From an uncultured virus (IMG/VR IMGVR_UViG_3300005512_000007) (Duplodnaviria > Heunggongvirae > Uroviricota > Caudoviricetes): DNA of 64,000 nt. The notes beneath the pieces are model-generated. The model was not told the origin of the DNA and did not search any database. It saw only the letters and a list, made by a program, of their open reading frames with translations. Numbering within the stretch: the stretch's first letter is position 1; the number at the start of each line of letters is the position of its first letter. The stretch is taken from the IMG/VR virus record IMGVR_UViG_3300005512_000007. One strand, written 5' to 3'. Made by a program: the position numbers and the translations under genes. This document shows, one piece after another, positions 38,027-47,788 of the stretch.

Positions 38027-38487
38027 GCACAGACCCTTTGGATTACTTCAACGCACTCACCAGCAAGCGTGAGCAGGATGACGACGGCCCCGACTACCCC
38101 GGCAATGTCGCACCAAGAAATCGTGGAGGGGGCGTTGACAGCGCCACACATGAGTGGCTAAACTCCCTCCGTTCCTATGAGTATCTGGTGAACGGTATGG
38201 CTCGCCGGTTCTACACGGTGGGTGCCTTGGCATCCGCACTGAACCGCAAGCCTGTCACCATTCGCTCGTGGGAAGCGAAAGGCTGGATTCCTCCAGCATC
38301 ATTCCGCACCCCAGCGCCAAAGTCGGAACAGATTCCGGGTAAGGCGGTGAAGGGACGGCGTCTCTACAGCGAGGCACAGATCGTGTTTCTCGTAGAGGCG
38401 GCAATGGCATATGCTATCGACGACCCCGACAGTCCTGACTGGAAGGGTTTCCGAAAGCACATTGCCGACAATTACCCAACGACATGA
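38023..38487 (+). CDS. MerR-like HTH DNA-binding protein
   Basis: YTVGALA.AL.RKPVTIRSWE.KG.IP...GRRLYS. Confidence 0.75.
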   Translation: MSTDPLDYFNALTSKREQDDDGPDYPGNVAPRNRGGGVDSATHEWLNSLRSYEYLVNGMARRFYTVGALASALNRKPVTIRSWEAKGWIPPASFRTPAPKSEQIPGKAVKGRRLYSEAQIVFLVEAAMAYAIDDPDSPDWKGFRKHIADNYPTT

Positions 38488-38502
38488 GAAAGAGTTAGAG
38501 CC

Positions 38503-39165
38503 ATGGGACGTTTTGACGACGATACCGAAGACACGGGTGGGAGCATTGCTACCGCCCCCGACATCGACCGCACCGAGGCCCGTAGGGTCATCAAGCGGGG
38601 ATGGGGCAACGTGGAGCAGACCAAGCAGGCTGACTCCCCCTACGCCCAGCGCCTGAAGATTGACGACAAGCCCGTCATCATCAAGTTCTTGGAGGACGAG
38701 CCGTACACCTCGTACCGCCAGCACTGGATCGAGCGGCAGGGCCAGAAGTCCTTCACGTGCATCGCTGACATGCACCCCAAGGGCTGCCCGCTGTGTGACG
38801 CAGGTCACAGGCCGTCTGCCCGCTTCGCCTTCAACGTCGCTCTGCTGAGCGAGGACGGCGACACCACGATCAAGTCCTATGAGGTTGGCCCCCGGGTCAT
38901 CGACAGCCTCAAGAACTTCCATCAGGACCCCCGTCAGGGACCGCTCCCGAAGCACTACTGGGCGATCAGCCGTTCCGGTAAGGGACCGACCTCGCAGACC
39001 AACCACCAGATGGTGCGTGACCGGGATCTGGAGGAGGAGTGGAACATCACTCCCCTGACCGAGGATGGTCTGGAGCAGATCAAGAAGCAGGCGTACGATG
39101 CCAGCATCGTGCCCATCCCCAACCGGGAGACTCTCGTCGGCATTGCCGCCGAAGAGATGGAGTGA
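38503..39165 (+). CDS. single-stranded DNA-binding protein (gp32-like)
   Basis: IIKFL, QHW, C..GCPLC zinc motif, SRSGKG; directly before the polymerase. Confidence 0.75.
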   Translation: MGRFDDDTEDTGGSIATAPDIDRTEARRVIKRGWGNVEQTKQADSPYAQRLKIDDKPVIIKFLEDEPYTSYRQHWIERQGQKSFTCIADMHPKGCPLCDAGHRPSARFAFNVALLSEDGDTTIKSYEVGPRVIDSLKNFHQDPRQGPLPKHYWAISRSGKGPTSQTNHQMVRDRDLEEEWNITPLTEDGLEQIKKQAYDASIVPIPNRETLVGIAAEEME

Positions 39166-39174
39166 CCCCACTCC

Positions 39175-41268
39175 ATGTCATCCCCTGTGACGGGACGGCG
39201 GGGGCCAAGTGCCCCCGCCGTTCTCTCTCCTGAACAACTTCCCGAGATTGTCAGGGCCGTACAGGCAGAGGGCATCTTCTCTTTCGACGTAGAGACACGT
39301 GGCAACATCGAACGCCACGCAGAGGTCATGGACCTCGTCGAAGCAGAGTGGAAGTCCAAGTCAGACAGCCTGAAGTCCACGCACCCCACTGTCGTCCAGC
39401 GGTCTCGACAGGCCATTGAGGACAAGTGGCGTGGCAACGTTGCCCTCGACACTCTCCGCAACGAGGTCTTCTGGATCGGCATCGCCACCAAGGGACAGTC
39501 GTGGGCTATCCCTATGGGCCACCCCAACGGCGAGGTACTGGTCCCAGAGCAACGTGGTGACGGCTCGACCATTCCGCCTCCCGGTTATCGGGCGGTCCTC
39601 TCCAGCGGTAAGGAGAGCATGGCGAGGGCGAAGTACTACATCCCCGCTACGTTCACCGATCCCCCCGAGCAGATGACGCAGGAGACTGTCTTCTCTGCTC
39701 TGGAGCCGCTGTTCATGAGCGAGGACATCGTCAAGGTCAACCAGAACATCAAGTTCGACTGTAAGTCCGTGGCGAAGTACTACGGGGGCGAACTGCCTAA
39801 GGGTAGGTACATCGACACGCAGGTGCTCATGCACATCGTCGATGAGAACCTGCCGAGTTACCGGTTGGTCTCTATCCTCGACAAGGTCTTCAACTTCGAC
39901 CCGTACCACAGGGACGGCAAGATCGGTAAGACCATCACTACTGAGCCGTTCAGCAAGGCGTGCCGGTATGTCCACTACGACGCCCGCTGGGCGTGGCTGG
40001 TTTACACCCGCCTGTATAGGAAGATCGCCGCAGTACCGACGCTTATGGACGTGCTTCACCTCGATATCGACGTGCTATCAGTGCTCGCACAGATGGAGAT
40101 GAACGGTATTCAGGTCAACAAGCGGGAATTGACCCGGCTGGGCAAGTCGCTCGATCTCGACCTGAACAACAAGGTGGCCGACATCTCTCAGTACGCCCCC
40201 GTGGGGTTCAACCCAGACTCCAACGTCCACAAGTCCCACCTACTCTTCGACAAGAAGCGTGAGGGAGGGCTGGGGCTGAAGCCGAAGAAGACGACCAGCA
40301 GTGGCAAGCCCAGCGTGGACGAGGACTCTCTGAAGTCGCTACAGGGACAGCACCCCGTGGTGGACATGCTCATGGAGTACGCCGAACTCAAGAAGATGAA
40401 GTCAACATACGTTGACGGCTTGCTTCCCCTGCTCCACAAGGGCCGACTGCACCCACAGTTCCACCTCCACCGCACGGTTACCTCCCGTCTGTCTGCGAGC
40501 GACCCCAACCTTCAGAACATCCCCCGGGATGGCAGGGTGCGGAGCCTGTTCGTGGCAGAGGAGAACAACAGTCTGATCGTGGCTGACTACAGCCAGATCG
40601 AGATGCGGATCATGGCGATGTATTCGCAGGACCCCAAACTGCTCCACATCTTCGCAGAGAACATCGACGTGCACGCCGGTACGGCCAGCGTCATTCTCGG
40701 CAAGCCCCCGGAAGAGATCGACAGCGAAGAGCGCAACATCTATGGCAAGGTCCCCAACTTCCTTATGGGATATGGGGGTGGTCCTAAGCGGCTGGTTGAG
40801 GCTACTGGGGGCAAACTTTCCATGGAGGATGCGAAGCAGGTCGTCGAGAACTACAACTCGGGCTACGCCCAACTGACGGAATGGAAGACCCGCACTATCG
40901 CTAAGGCTCGGCGTATCGGATACGTGGAGACTATGAAGGGTCGCCGTCGTCGTGTGCCCGACCTGAACTCTGACGACTTCGCTTCTAAGGCTCGCTCTGA
41001 GAGGCAGGCGATCAACGCCATCATTCAGGGTACGGCCTCCGAAATCTGTAAGGAAGCCATGGTGCGGGTTCACCGGACTCTTGACTATCCGAAGTGCCGG
41101 ATGCTCGTACAGGTACACGACGAATTAGTGGTATCCGTCCCCATCGAAGAGATCCCTAAGTGGGAACCTGCACTAGAGCAGGCAATGGGGAATGGTAAGG
41201 TAATTATGGGCGTTTCTTTGGAAGTAGAAGCGCATCACGCACAGTCATGGTCAGAAGCGAAAGGCTGA
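39175..41268 (+). CDS. polA: family A DNA polymerase (3'-5' exonuclease + polymerase)
   Basis: FDVET, NIKFD, RLSASDPNLQNIP, ADYSQIEMR, K..NF..YG, QVHDE. Confidence 0.95.
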   Translation: MSSPVTGRRGPSAPAVLSPEQLPEIVRAVQAEGIFSFDVETRGNIERHAEVMDLVEAEWKSKSDSLKSTHPTVVQRSRQAIEDKWRGNVALDTLRNEVFWIGIATKGQSWAIPMGHPNGEVLVPEQRGDGSTIPPPGYRAVLSSGKESMARAKYYIPATFTDPPEQMTQETVFSALEPLFMSEDIVKVNQNIKFDCKSVAKYYGGELPKGRYIDTQVLMHIVDENLPSYRLVSILDKVFNFDPYHRDGKIGKTITTEPFSKACRYVHYDARWAWLVYTRLYRKIAAVPTLMDVLHLDIDVLSVLAQMEMNGIQVNKRELTRLGKSLDLDLNNKVADISQYAPVGFNPDSNVHKSHLLFDKKREGGLGLKPKKTTSSGKPSVDEDSLKSLQGQHPVVDMLMEYAELKKMKSTYVDGLLPLLHKGRLHPQFHLHRTVTSRLSASDPNLQNIPRDGRVRSLFVAEENNSLIVADYSQIEMRIMAMYSQDPKLLHIFAENIDVHAGTASVILGKPPEEIDSEERNIYGKVPNFLMGYGGGPKRLVEATGGKLSMEDAKQVVENYNSGYAQLTEWKTRTIAKARRIGYVETMKGRRRRVPDLNSDDFASKARSERQAINAIIQGTASEICKEAMVRVHRTLDYPKCRMLVQVHDELVVSVPIEEIPKWEPALEQAMGNGKVIMGVSLEVEAHHAQSWSEAKG
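39193..39223 (+). terminator. GC hairpin after ssb, inside the polA 5' end
   Basis: GGACGGCGGGGGC-CAAGT-GCCCCCGCCGTTC followed by a pyrimidine tract. Confidence 0.55.
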
Positions 41269-41269
41269 T

Positions 41270-41719
41270 ATGGACGAGCAAGAAAGACGCCAATTCCAAC
41301 GCAATTTCTATTTGAAGTTGTCGCCCATTGACGGGCATGAGATTGCGGAGGAGCAGGGCGGGTTCGTTGCCCCATCTGATGAGTCAGCCGAGGCTGAGAT
41401 CCGTGACACTCTCAAGTTGTGGCTGACCTTACAGCAGGGTCAGGCTGGGGAGATCATCGCCAACAGCGCTTGGTGGATGACCCAGTACATGGACCCTGAG
41501 AAGCGATTGGCGGCTACTGATGGGGTGGTCTACCTCGACCGCCTTACGTCGTTTGCGGTCGCTGTCATGGGCCAGTTACTGGATGCCGGAGTCATCGAAC
41601 TCAAAGAGGTCCCCGAGATTCCTGACATCTTACTCTCTACTGAGGACCTACTCAGCCCAGAGAATCTTGACATGCTGAAGAACCTAGAGTCATTATGGGA
41701 GGATGACGGTGAGCAATAA
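41270..41719 (+). CDS. hypothetical protein
   Basis: Coupled ORF. Confidence 0.65.
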   Translation: MDEQERRQFQRNFYLKLSPIDGHEIAEEQGGFVAPSDESAEAEIRDTLKLWLTLQQGQAGEIIANSAWWMTQYMDPEKRLAATDGVVYLDRLTSFAVAVMGQLLDAGVIELKEVPEIPDILLSTEDLLSPENLDMLKNLESLWEDDGEQ

Positions 41720-42155
41720 TGCTTCTTGGTGGGCCAACAAGTTGGGAACCCAACAGCCTCAGTATGGGCTAACGGTCCCAGCACAGCGGGCACCTCAGCC
41801 CGTTCAGCAGACGGTCCAACCACAGCAGGTACAGCAAGTACAGCAGGCTGTCCAGCCCGATATGTCTGGCGTGCCGCTGAATCAGGGAGAGCGTCAGCAT
41901 ACGCTTGATCCCAACCGAGACCCCAACGCCGAGGTCAGCATGGGTGAGGCCATGCGCCTGTGGCGTGGTGGAGAGGCGCACCGCATGGAGGGCAACATGG
42001 CATGTCCCGATTGCGGTAGCACTACCGGCTACACTGCCTACTCCGGTCGAGCCGCTGGCTCGGCTCGGGTAAATGGGCAACAGCCTCGCCCACACTGCTT
42101 TGAGTGTGGGTACAACGGCAACTTCTCGCAAGGGATGGAGTCAAACTGGGCATAG
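41709..42155 (+). CDS. Q-rich zinc-ribbon protein
   Basis: CPDCGS...CFECGY. Confidence 0.65.
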   Translation: MSNNASWWANKLGTQQPQYGLTVPAQRAPQPVQQTVQPQQVQQVQQAVQPDMSGVPLNQGERQHTLDPNRDPNAEVSMGEAMRLWRGGEAHRMEGNMACPDCGSTTGYTAYSGRAAGSARVNGQQPRPHCFECGYNGNFSQGMESNWA

Positions 42156-42165
42156 AAGGAATAGC

Positions 42166-43218
42166 GTGAAAGACAAACTGGCACTAATCGAAGAACTAGC
42201 AGCGGAGATCAACAAGAAATATGGCGAAGAAATCCTCATCAAAGGGAGTGCCGCGAAGGCGGAGGTTCCCCATGTCTCCACTGGTGTCCTCGCCTACGAC
42301 CTCGCTCTCGGAGGAGGCTGGGCCGCAAATCAGTGGAACGAAATCGTCGGAGAAGAGTCCTCAGGTAAGACGGCTATCGCTTACCGGACTATTGCGGCGA
42401 ATCAGCAAAGGGACCCGGAATGGCTAGCCCTCTGGGTTGCCGCTGAAGAGTACGTCCCCGACTACGCCGCATCCTTCGGCGTGGACCTTGAGCGCCTGTG
42501 GGTCGTCGAGACCAATGAGATGGAGTCGGCACTGGAACTGGTGCTGAAGGCCGTCGAGAACCGTGCGGTTGATTGCGTGGTCATCGACTCCCTGCCTGCT
42601 CTCGTTACTGAGACCGAGGTCAACAAGTCCATGGACGAGGCTTCCGTGGCTACGGGGGCGCAGATCCTCAGTCGCTTCTTCAAGAAGTGCGCTAAGGCAC
42701 AGCGTCGCTCTATGACTGCCGATGACCGTCCCTGCACCCTGATCGCTATCAACCAGTGGCGAGACAAGATCGGTGTCATGTACGGCGATCCCCGTACCAC
42801 CCCCGGTGGTAAGGCCAAGAACTACTACTACTTCACCCGTGTCGAGGTGAGGCGTGATGAGTGGATATCAGAGGGGTCGAAGTTGGACACTCGGGTGGGC
42901 CAAACCATCAAGATGCGGGTCATGAAGAACAAGACCTACCGCCCCCAGCAGATCGCTCAGGCTGACTTCTACTTTGCCGATACCTACGGATTCCGTAAGG
43001 GTGAGTTTGATACGGTAAAGGACATCGTCAACGTGGCGCTGGCTCTGGAGTTGTTTGAGGGCCGCTACAAGTTTGAGGGTGAGCGCATCGCTAGCAAGAA
43101 GGAGGAACTGTATGACATCGTTCGTCAGGACCTTGGCTTGCAGGCTCGCCTTCGTGATGCGGCAACCACGGCTGTGCTGGGAGATTCGACAGGGGAAGAA
43201 GTACATGAGCAGGTATGA
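42166..43218 (+). CDS. recA: RecA-like recombinase
   Basis: DLALGGG, GEESSGKT, VIDSL, INQWRDKIGVMYGDPRTTPGG, KNKT. Confidence 0.95.
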   Translation: MKDKLALIEELAAEINKKYGEEILIKGSAAKAEVPHVSTGVLAYDLALGGGWAANQWNEIVGEESSGKTAIAYRTIAANQQRDPEWLALWVAAEEYVPDYAASFGVDLERLWVVETNEMESALELVLKAVENRAVDCVVIDSLPALVTETEVNKSMDEASVATGAQILSRFFKKCAKAQRRSMTADDRPCTLIAINQWRDKIGVMYGDPRTTPGGKAKNYYYFTRVEVRRDEWISEGSKLDTRVGQTIKMRVMKNKTYRPQQIAQADFYFADTYGFRKGEFDTVKDIVNVALALELFEGRYKFEGERIASKKEELYDIVRQDLGLQARLRDAATTAVLGDSTGEEVHEQV

Positions 43219-43477
43219 GCACCCCTCGCAATGGGACAACTACCGTAAGCCCAAGAAAGATCCGTGGTCGAAGGCCCTGAAGAGGCCGTATGACCGTGAG
43301 GATGAGGGGCTGTTGGAAGTATCCAAGACTACTATCAAGCACGTCCACGAACTTGAGATGATCAAGTCACTTCTGACTGCCATCATGAACACGCTTGATG
43401 AGCAGAAAGAGTTGATGGAGGACCACTCGGAAATGCTCGACGACCTCATGTATGCCCTGTACAAAGATGAGGAGTGA
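43205..43477 (+). CDS. hypothetical protein
   Basis: Coupled ORF. Confidence 0.55.
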   Translation: MSRYEHPSQWDNYRKPKKDPWSKALKRPYDREDEGLLEVSKTTIKHVHELEMIKSLLTAIMNTLDEQKELMEDHSEMLDDLMYALYKDEE

Positions 43478-43790
43478 GTCGCAGAAGCGGTCTAAGAAGC
43501 AAGAAGAGCGTACGGCTAAGTCATACAACGGCTCCCGTAATGTCATGTCGGGAGCAGGGTGGGTCCGCAAAGCGGATGTCCGCACCGAGGAGTTCATGAT
43601 TGAGAACAAACTCAAGATGGACCCCGATGCTAAGTCGTACAGCATCAAGGCCGTTGATATGCGTGATCTTGTCAAGCGTGCTCGCTTAGAGGGGCGCATC
43701 CCACTGCTACAGATTGACTTGGCAGGGCACCGTTACGTAGTGTTGCCAGAGGACGATTTCTTGGACATATGTGGAGTAGATGATGACTGA
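43467..43790 (+). CDS. Holliday junction resolvase-like PD-(D/E)XK nuclease
   Basis: QEERTAK...SGAGW..KADV...IENK. Confidence 0.75.
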   Translation: MRSESQKRSKKQEERTAKSYNGSRNVMSGAGWVRKADVRTEEFMIENKLKMDPDAKSYSIKAVDMRDLVKRARLEGRIPLLQIDLAGHRYVVLPEDDFLDICGVDDD

Positions 43791-44673
43791 CCAGCCGTGG
43801 TACATGAAGAACTACAAGGAGCAGTTCAGCGCTAAGAGCAACCAGCGCCTGCTCCCGAAGATCGAAGCCGCATTGGCTATCGAGCAGGCTGAGCGCAACG
43901 CCAAGCGTGACACGGTCCACCTGCACCCCAGCGAAATGTCGAAGGACAACTGGTGCGTGCGCTCCTCGTACTACAAGATCACTGGTGTAGACGAGAGTGA
44001 CAGCAGGTCCTTCAACCTCAAGAGCATGAACATCTTTGCCGAGGGCCACAACATCCACGACAAGTGGCAGAGGTGGATGTGGAAGGCAGGGGGCCTCGTC
44101 GGCAACTGGAAGTGCTCGATCTGCTCGCACAAGTGGGAGGACACATCCCCTGAGCGGTGCCCCACGTGCCTGACTGAGGATATCCGCTACGCCGAGGTGC
44201 CTATCGAGGACCCTCGCCACCGCATCATTGGGCACGCCGATGGCATCTGGGAGGACGCCGAAGGCAAGGCGGTCATCGAGATCAAGTCCGTCGGCCTCGG
44301 CACTATCCGCTGGGATGCTCCGAAGTTGTACGAGGGTTACGCTAGTGGTGATCTGTCGCTGGACGAGTTGTGGAAGCGGATCAAGCGTCCCCTCACCACC
44401 CATCGCCGTCAGGTCAACCTGTATATGCACAGCCTTGGTATCGATAAGGCTGTCGTTATCTACGAGTGGAAGCCGTCTCAGGATGTCAAAGAGTTCCAAC
44501 TGAACTTCGAGCCTGAGTTGGTCGAGCCGATGCTGGAGGGGGCTAAGCAGGTCATCGACGCTCTCGACGACAATTTGGTGCCCATCCGTCCCGACTTCGC
44601 CACGCACAAGTCATGTGCGGCATGTCGTTTCTGTAGTTACAAGACCCACTGTTGGAGTAGTGATAATGGCTGA
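43780..44673 (+). CDS. Cas4-like exonuclease with zinc-ribbon insertion
   Basis: HPS..WC; GHADG; IEIKS; QVNLYM; CRFC..KTHC. Confidence 0.8.
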   Translation: MMTDQPWYMKNYKEQFSAKSNQRLLPKIEAALAIEQAERNAKRDTVHLHPSEMSKDNWCVRSSYYKITGVDESDSRSFNLKSMNIFAEGHNIHDKWQRWMWKAGGLVGNWKCSICSHKWEDTSPERCPTCLTEDIRYAEVPIEDPRHRIIGHADGIWEDAEGKAVIEIKSVGLGTIRWDAPKLYEGYASGDLSLDELWKRIKRPLTTHRRQVNLYMHSLGIDKAVVIYEWKPSQDVKEFQLNFEPELVEPMLEGAKQVIDALDDNLVPIRPDFATHKSCAACRFCSYKTHCWSSDNG

Positions 44674-44956
44674 GATAGTACAAACCGACGCATACGGCAT
44701 CGCCCCGCTGGGCGCTAGCCGCCCTCGTAAGGTCATCAACTCTGATGCCCGTGAACGCAGGTACCGCAAGGCTATGGCCCTCAAAGAGGACTTAGGTCTG
44801 ACTAAGGAGGAGCGGTACAGCCTCGCACAGATGATCCCCGGTGTTGACAAGGACTACGGTGGGTCGTGGAAGGAACTGGATACTGATCAGTTGCATGATC
44901 TGATCACCATGATGGAGGGGTACATATGGATCACGCACATGATGATGCAGAGGTAG
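44666..44956 (+). CDS. hypothetical protein
   Basis: GGAG RBS; coupled. Confidence 0.6.
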   Translation: MAEIVQTDAYGIAPLGASRPRKVINSDARERRYRKAMALKEDLGLTKEERYSLAQMIPGVDKDYGGSWKELDTDQLHDLITMMEGYIWITHMMMQR

Positions 44957-45141
44957 TGTGCCCCGACTCGGGGTCTGCCGGTGTGCTTCCTAAATACGTT
45001 ATTCTTAGGTGCTGTAGGGATTGGCCCATACAGATAGAAGCGGTTTACGACCGTGGAGGTACGTGCGGACTGTGCGGAGAATCACCGGAATTGATAATGA
45101 AGGAGTACCAGAGTGGGAAATCGTCAGAAAGCCAAGATTAA
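44956..45141 (+). CDS. small Cys-rich protein
   Basis: CC...CGLCG; start uncertain. Confidence 0.45.
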   Translation: MCPDSGSAGVLPKYVILRCCRDWPIQIEAVYDRGGTCGLCGESPELIMKEYQSGKSSESQD

Positions 45142-45145
45142 TTAG
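45113..45145 (+). pseudogene. orphaned 5' stub of the resolvase gene (MGNRQKAKIN*)
   Basis: AAGGAG RBS + GTG; homologous to MGNKMKARG at 45647. Confidence 0.65.
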
Positions 45146-45199
45146 ACGTATATTGCGATTTATCGCTCTCAAACTTCATAGGTTTGATAATATGTCCAT

Positions 45200-45640
45200 A
45201 TGACATCTATACATCCCCTTATGGGTACCAAGAGTAACGCTCAGACAACTGACCGTACTTCTCACTTTATTGGCATGATCGGAGAGGCCGACCTAATTAG
45301 GTGGGCGGCTCATCATGGGTATCATGTGTACAAAGGTTTTGATGGGCACACACCCGCTGACTACATCCTTGATATGGATGGGGAATTGTTCCGGCTTGAG
45401 GCAAAGCGCATTGAGTCAGTACAGCACCTGCACAACAACTACTACTACGTAACGGTTACCCACCTACGCACGGATTCGTTTGACTACATCTTCGTGTCCA
45501 CAGAACAGGGCTGTTACCTGATACCATCTAGTGAGTGCCCGAAGTCCACACTATCTATCAAGGTAGAAGGCGACGAGTACGAACGGAACATAACTAGGTC
45601 CGGTAAATACGAGAAGTACAAAGTGGAAATGCCGAGGTGA
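45200..45640 (+). mobile_element. PD-(D/E)XK homing-endonuclease-like gene
   Basis: G.IGE...GY.V...AD.I...RLEAK...FDYIF..CYLIP. Confidence 0.7.
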
Positions 45641-45646
45641 TTACTT

Positions 45647-46015
45647 ATGGGAAACAAGATGAAAGCACGGGGAACGGCGTTTGAGACACTCGTTGTCAAG
45701 TATCTTCGTCCCCGTGGGTTCAAGAAGGCTTATCGTCCTGCTACTTCAGGGTCTTATGACAGTGGTGATATCAACGGTATCCGTAGCGCTAATCGTCAGG
45801 CGATTATTCAGTGTAAGAACCAGCGGAAGTTTGAACTCTCTGGATGGCTCGATGACACAGTATCGCAGGCACAGCAGGAAGCAGTCGGGGGGAACGCTCT
45901 CCCAGTTCTGGTAGTAAAGCGCCCCGGAGTGGGTGAAAAGAACCTCGGAGATACCTATGCGATTCTTCGCTTAGAGGACCTTTCTGCCCTCCTCAAGGAG
46001 GCTGGGTACAACTAA
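45647..46015 (+). CDS. Holliday junction resolvase (Hjc-like)
   Basis: K.RGT.FE..VV.YL...D.GDI.G...IQCKN. Confidence 0.8.
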   Translation: MGNKMKARGTAFETLVVKYLRPRGFKKAYRPATSGSYDSGDINGIRSANRQAIIQCKNQRKFELSGWLDDTVSQAQQEAVGGNALPVLVVKRPGVGEKNLGDTYAILRLEDLSALLKEAGYN

Positions 46016-46058
46016 TATACTGCCACAGGGTACATAACGGTTTAGAAAGAGGTAACCC

Positions 46059-46334
46059 ATGGCAGAGCAAGAAGACGTTATCAAGGTGTCCGGGTCTAGT
46101 AACCCGTCATCTGTTGGGTCGATTCTGGCCCGCGCTATCGTCGCAGGTCAGGCCCCTAAAATGCGGGCTATCGGTGCGTCGGCAGTGAATCAAGCCTCCA
46201 AGGCGTGCGCTATCGCTAGGGGTTTCGTCGCCCCTCGTGGTATCGACCTGACCTTCATCATCGGATTCGATGACATTCAAGGCGATTCAGGCGAAACTAT
46301 CTCGTCTATGACGTGGAAACCGGTCGCACGCTGA
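46059..46334 (+). CDS. spoVS: stage V sporulation protein S (Alba-like)
   Basis: IKVS..S.P.SV...RAIGASAVNQA.KA.AIARGFVAP.GIDL...F. Confidence 0.9.
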   Translation: MAEQEDVIKVSGSSNPSSVGSILARAIVAGQAPKMRAIGASAVNQASKACAIARGFVAPRGIDLTFIIGFDDIQGDSGETISSMTWKPVAR

Positions 46335-46355
46335 CCTTTGTGTTACCATAGCGCT

Positions 46356-46499
46356 ATGGAAAACAAGAGGTACAAGAACGTGTTTCGGCTTCCGAGTGGG
46401 CGAGAGATTCCCTCGGCTATCGACCCCGTTACTGGCGAAGGACCCGTAAGAGTTCGCACGCAGGCAGAGGTGTCAGATGGCAAGGAAGAAAAACACTAA
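46356..46499 (+). CDS. leaderless hypothetical 47-aa protein
   Basis: TACCAT 6 nt before ATG. Confidence 0.5.
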   Translation: MENKRYKNVFRLPSGREIPSAIDPVTGEGPVRVRTQAEVSDGKEEKH

Positions 46500-47400
46500 T
46501 CCCCCCACCCAGTACTCTGTGACTACGGAGTCTGGGCCAAAGCCCGTTCGACCGAAGACTGGTTGGTCTGCCCCTGCTCAAGAAGAGGCGGCACCTTCTA
46601 AACTTCCTCTGACCGTCGAGGGGCGGTTCCCTTCCTCTGATATCACCCCGCCCGACCAGCGCAGACCGTTCCTTGAAAAGTCTCGTACTGTGCCTATGCC
46701 CATTACGGCTGGGCATGAAACTGTAACTGCCGAACTCAATAAGCAGATGGATTTGGTTGGCTCTGTTATGAATCCTTATCCAGCCTCGGTGTCGGCTCCT
46801 AAGGATAAATCAGGCAAGGTTAGGACGGTTCGGCTTGGTGAGGGGCTTCGGCAAGGCGAAGGTCCCGACTCCCCTGCATCCAAGATGTTGCGCTCACTTC
46901 ATGGTATTGCTACCCCGGCTGGTCTTACTGGTAAGGGCGGTCCCGGCAGTGTTGGAGTGTTCCGAGGAAACGAGCAAGGGGCGTACGTTGCTGGCCTTCA
47001 GGAGCGCACCGAAGAGGTCACTAGAGGCATGATGCGAGACCTGCCCAGCGGCGCACCTCCCAAGAGGGGCAAGAATAAGATGCCAAAGATGCCGCTCGGG
47101 TCCTCGATTCCAGATGATCCAGCCGCTACTGCTCGTCGAGCCGAAACCCGGACTTCCAGAGTGGCTCGCACCGTCCCGGGTACTGAGATTCCTACTGCGC
47201 TCAATCTTGTGGGTGGTCAGGGGCCGGTCAAGGCCAACCCGAGACTGGTTGCTGAGGGTAAGGAAGAGATGCGCCAGAAGGAGATCAAGAACCGTGCTCG
47301 CCGTAAGGATACGGGGGCTAAGAAGTCGGCTCCTCTCCGTGACCGTCAGCAGAAGCAGATGAAGAAGGCCGCTGTAGAGCGTGGACCGGGGGCATACTGA
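46477..47400 (+). CDS. basic Pro/Gly-rich disordered protein
   Basis: GAGG RBS; K/R/P/G-rich. Confidence 0.65.
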   Translation: MARKKNTNPPTQYSVTTESGPKPVRPKTGWSAPAQEEAAPSKLPLTVEGRFPSSDITPPDQRRPFLEKSRTVPMPITAGHETVTAELNKQMDLVGSVMNPYPASVSAPKDKSGKVRTVRLGEGLRQGEGPDSPASKMLRSLHGIATPAGLTGKGGPGSVGVFRGNEQGAYVAGLQERTEEVTRGMMRDLPSGAPPKRGKNKMPKMPLGSSIPDDPAATARRAETRTSRVARTVPGTEIPTALNLVGGQGPVKANPRLVAEGKEEMRQKEIKNRARRKDTGAKKSAPLRDRQQKQMKKAAVERGPGAY

Positions 47401-47645
47401 TGGCTAGCCCCGGCAAGTCCTACCCAGACCGCTCTCGTGATGAGCGTCGTCTGCCAGCAAGGCCCCCGGGTTCTGCTCCCAACGAACTTCGTCCCGTTAG
47501 AGAGCAGGGTCCAACCCTCAGCCCTGAGCAGGTTGCTCGGCTGGAGGAACTCGACGCCATGGATGCGCTGATGCGTGATACTGGCGGTAGTAGCCCCATA
47601 TCACAGGTGAGTGACTATCTGATACGGCGTGATAGGCGCTTCTAA
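47400..47645 (+). CDS. hypothetical protein
   Basis: TGATG coupling. Confidence 0.55.
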   Translation: MASPGKSYPDRSRDERRLPARPPGSAPNELRPVREQGPTLSPEQVARLEELDAMDALMRDTGGSSPISQVSDYLIRRDRRF

Positions 47646-47650
47646 GGTCT

Positions 47651-47788
47651 ATGAATAACACCCCAGACACCGAGCAGGAGCCTCTTGAGGAGGACAAACT
47701 GCTCAACAAAGTACCTAACAAATACCGGGATCTATACGACTCGGATGACTTTGAGAAGTTCTCAAAGGGGAAGGATTGGGACTGGTGA
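47651..47788 (+). CDS. hypothetical 45-aa protein
   Basis: MNNTPDTEQEPLEED...KDWDW*; tiles the operon. Confidence 0.45.
   Translation: MNNTPDTEQEPLEEDKLLNKVPNKYRDLYDSDDFEKFSKGKDWDW

Noticed and set aside
32451..43218. Inteins in DnaB, PolA or RecA
   Set aside because: Protein lengths are normal and no intein splice-junction or LAGLIDADG motifs were seen.
10926..44607. Long antisense ORFs (10926, 25045, 34613, 38299, 43672 and others)
   Set aside because: They shadow well-supported GC3-rich genes and have no motifs or RBS.
43780..44673. CRISPR-Cas system suggested by the Cas4-like gene
   Set aside because: No repeat-spacer array or other cas genes were seen; solo Cas4-like nucleases are common in phage recombination modules.
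45021..45203. 60-aa ORF from the track
   Set aside because: It overlaps the Cys-rich ORF, the resolvase stub and the endonuclease promoter; TTG start without RBS.
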